Shown here: positions 63,231 through 64,000 of the stretch, piece by piece
How positions within the stretch are numbered: position 1 is the stretch's first letter
Layout of the letters: each line of letters starts with the position of its first letter
Assembly (NCBI RefSeq): GCF_006345805.1
Contig: NC_043002.1
Coordinates: 53,382,001-53,446,000, forward strand
Origin: Octopus sinensis
Lineage: Eukaryota
Direction: 5' to 3'
DNA: 64,000 nucleotides
The notes under the pieces: model-generated
The model's input: the letters and a program-made list of their open reading frames with translations, nothing else
What the model was told of the DNA's origin: nothing
Databases searched by the model: none
Made by a program: the position numbers and the translations under genes

Positions 63231-64000
63231 AGTTTTAGTATCCAACTAGTAGCTAATAAACGCATAAATCTCGGTTATAGTGAGTGCTAAAATTTATTTG
63301 TTAATACGGTAAACAGTATACCTGATGGTAGTTTAGTTAATGGTACTAATAGTGATATTATTACTACTTGAAAGTTACATAGACATTAACACTTTTCATC
63401 ATTATATGTCATTAGTGACTGCACATCTAGCTTCTGCTGTTTGTAGAATTCGACAACATTCCATAGCAGCTGAACAAGAAGCCGACGCCGCAGGTATCCA
63501 CAGCTTAATAGATATTTAGAACAAACTGAAGTAACGGCCATGAATACCCTCGCAATGATTAACATACATTAAAGGATGCTTTCAGCAGCGTACAATGAGA
63601 ATTAACAAAATCACGATCTTGTGTCTTGAGAGGGACATTACACCAACACTAATAAACACATGCACTGGTTCAATATCACCTCTTTATTGTAAGTCAATCT
63701 AAACAACTAACTAATCGATCGTTTGTTTAGCGTATTGGTTAAACAATCAATCGGTTGTTTGTTTGTTAAAGTTCTTTCATCGCTATTAGTGACCACAGTA
63801 ATGACATGTCCTCTCTCTTAAAGGTTTGCCTTGAGTCTGTCTGAGAATTAGTCGTGTCTGTGTGTACCTATTCTTGTATGTGCGTATGTAGATGCGTGGT
63901 TGCCTATGAGAGAAGGAAAGGATGAGGATAAATGAAGAGAATGTGTGCGTACGTACGCATGCATATGTTTGTGGTTGTGTGTGCACTCGCGTGCCTGCCT

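Overview
This is AT-rich eukaryotic DNA made almost entirely of repeats. It is most likely from a coleoid cephalopod (Octopus-like); I infer this from the recurrent tRNA-derived SINE families, the compound microsatellites and the LINE/mariner repertoire. I cannot support any host protein-coding gene. Nearly all ORFs in the track are microsatellite artefacts or transposon relics, so the window is probably intergenic or a large intron. It contains two abundant tRNA-headed SINE families; at least six Tc1/mariner relics, one an internally deleted copy with near-perfect TIRs; a multiply deleted Tx1/L1 element; two CR1/L2-group LINE pieces; a Penelope-like RT; a HERO-like RLE endonuclease fragment; a Helentron-type non-autonomous element; and a pair of LTR-like repeats. 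From about 47 to 62 kb there is a dense nest of R4/Dong-clade RLE LINE fragments embedded in (AAT)n arrays. The most notable items are: (1) a fully foldable 73-nt tRNA-Thr(UGU), with trailer and T7 run, retro-inserted into a LINE ORF (61745-61913); (2) an antisense, tail-less LINE fragment inserted with a 7-bp TSD and microhomology at both junctions; (3) tandem 'stutters' at the 5' junctions of four unrelated retroinsertions; (4) an identical 416-bp tandem duplication; (5) a hairpin/template-switch scar; and (6) degenerate Penelope-type minimal hammerhead ribozyme motifs. Family names come from motif recognition only; no database search was run.
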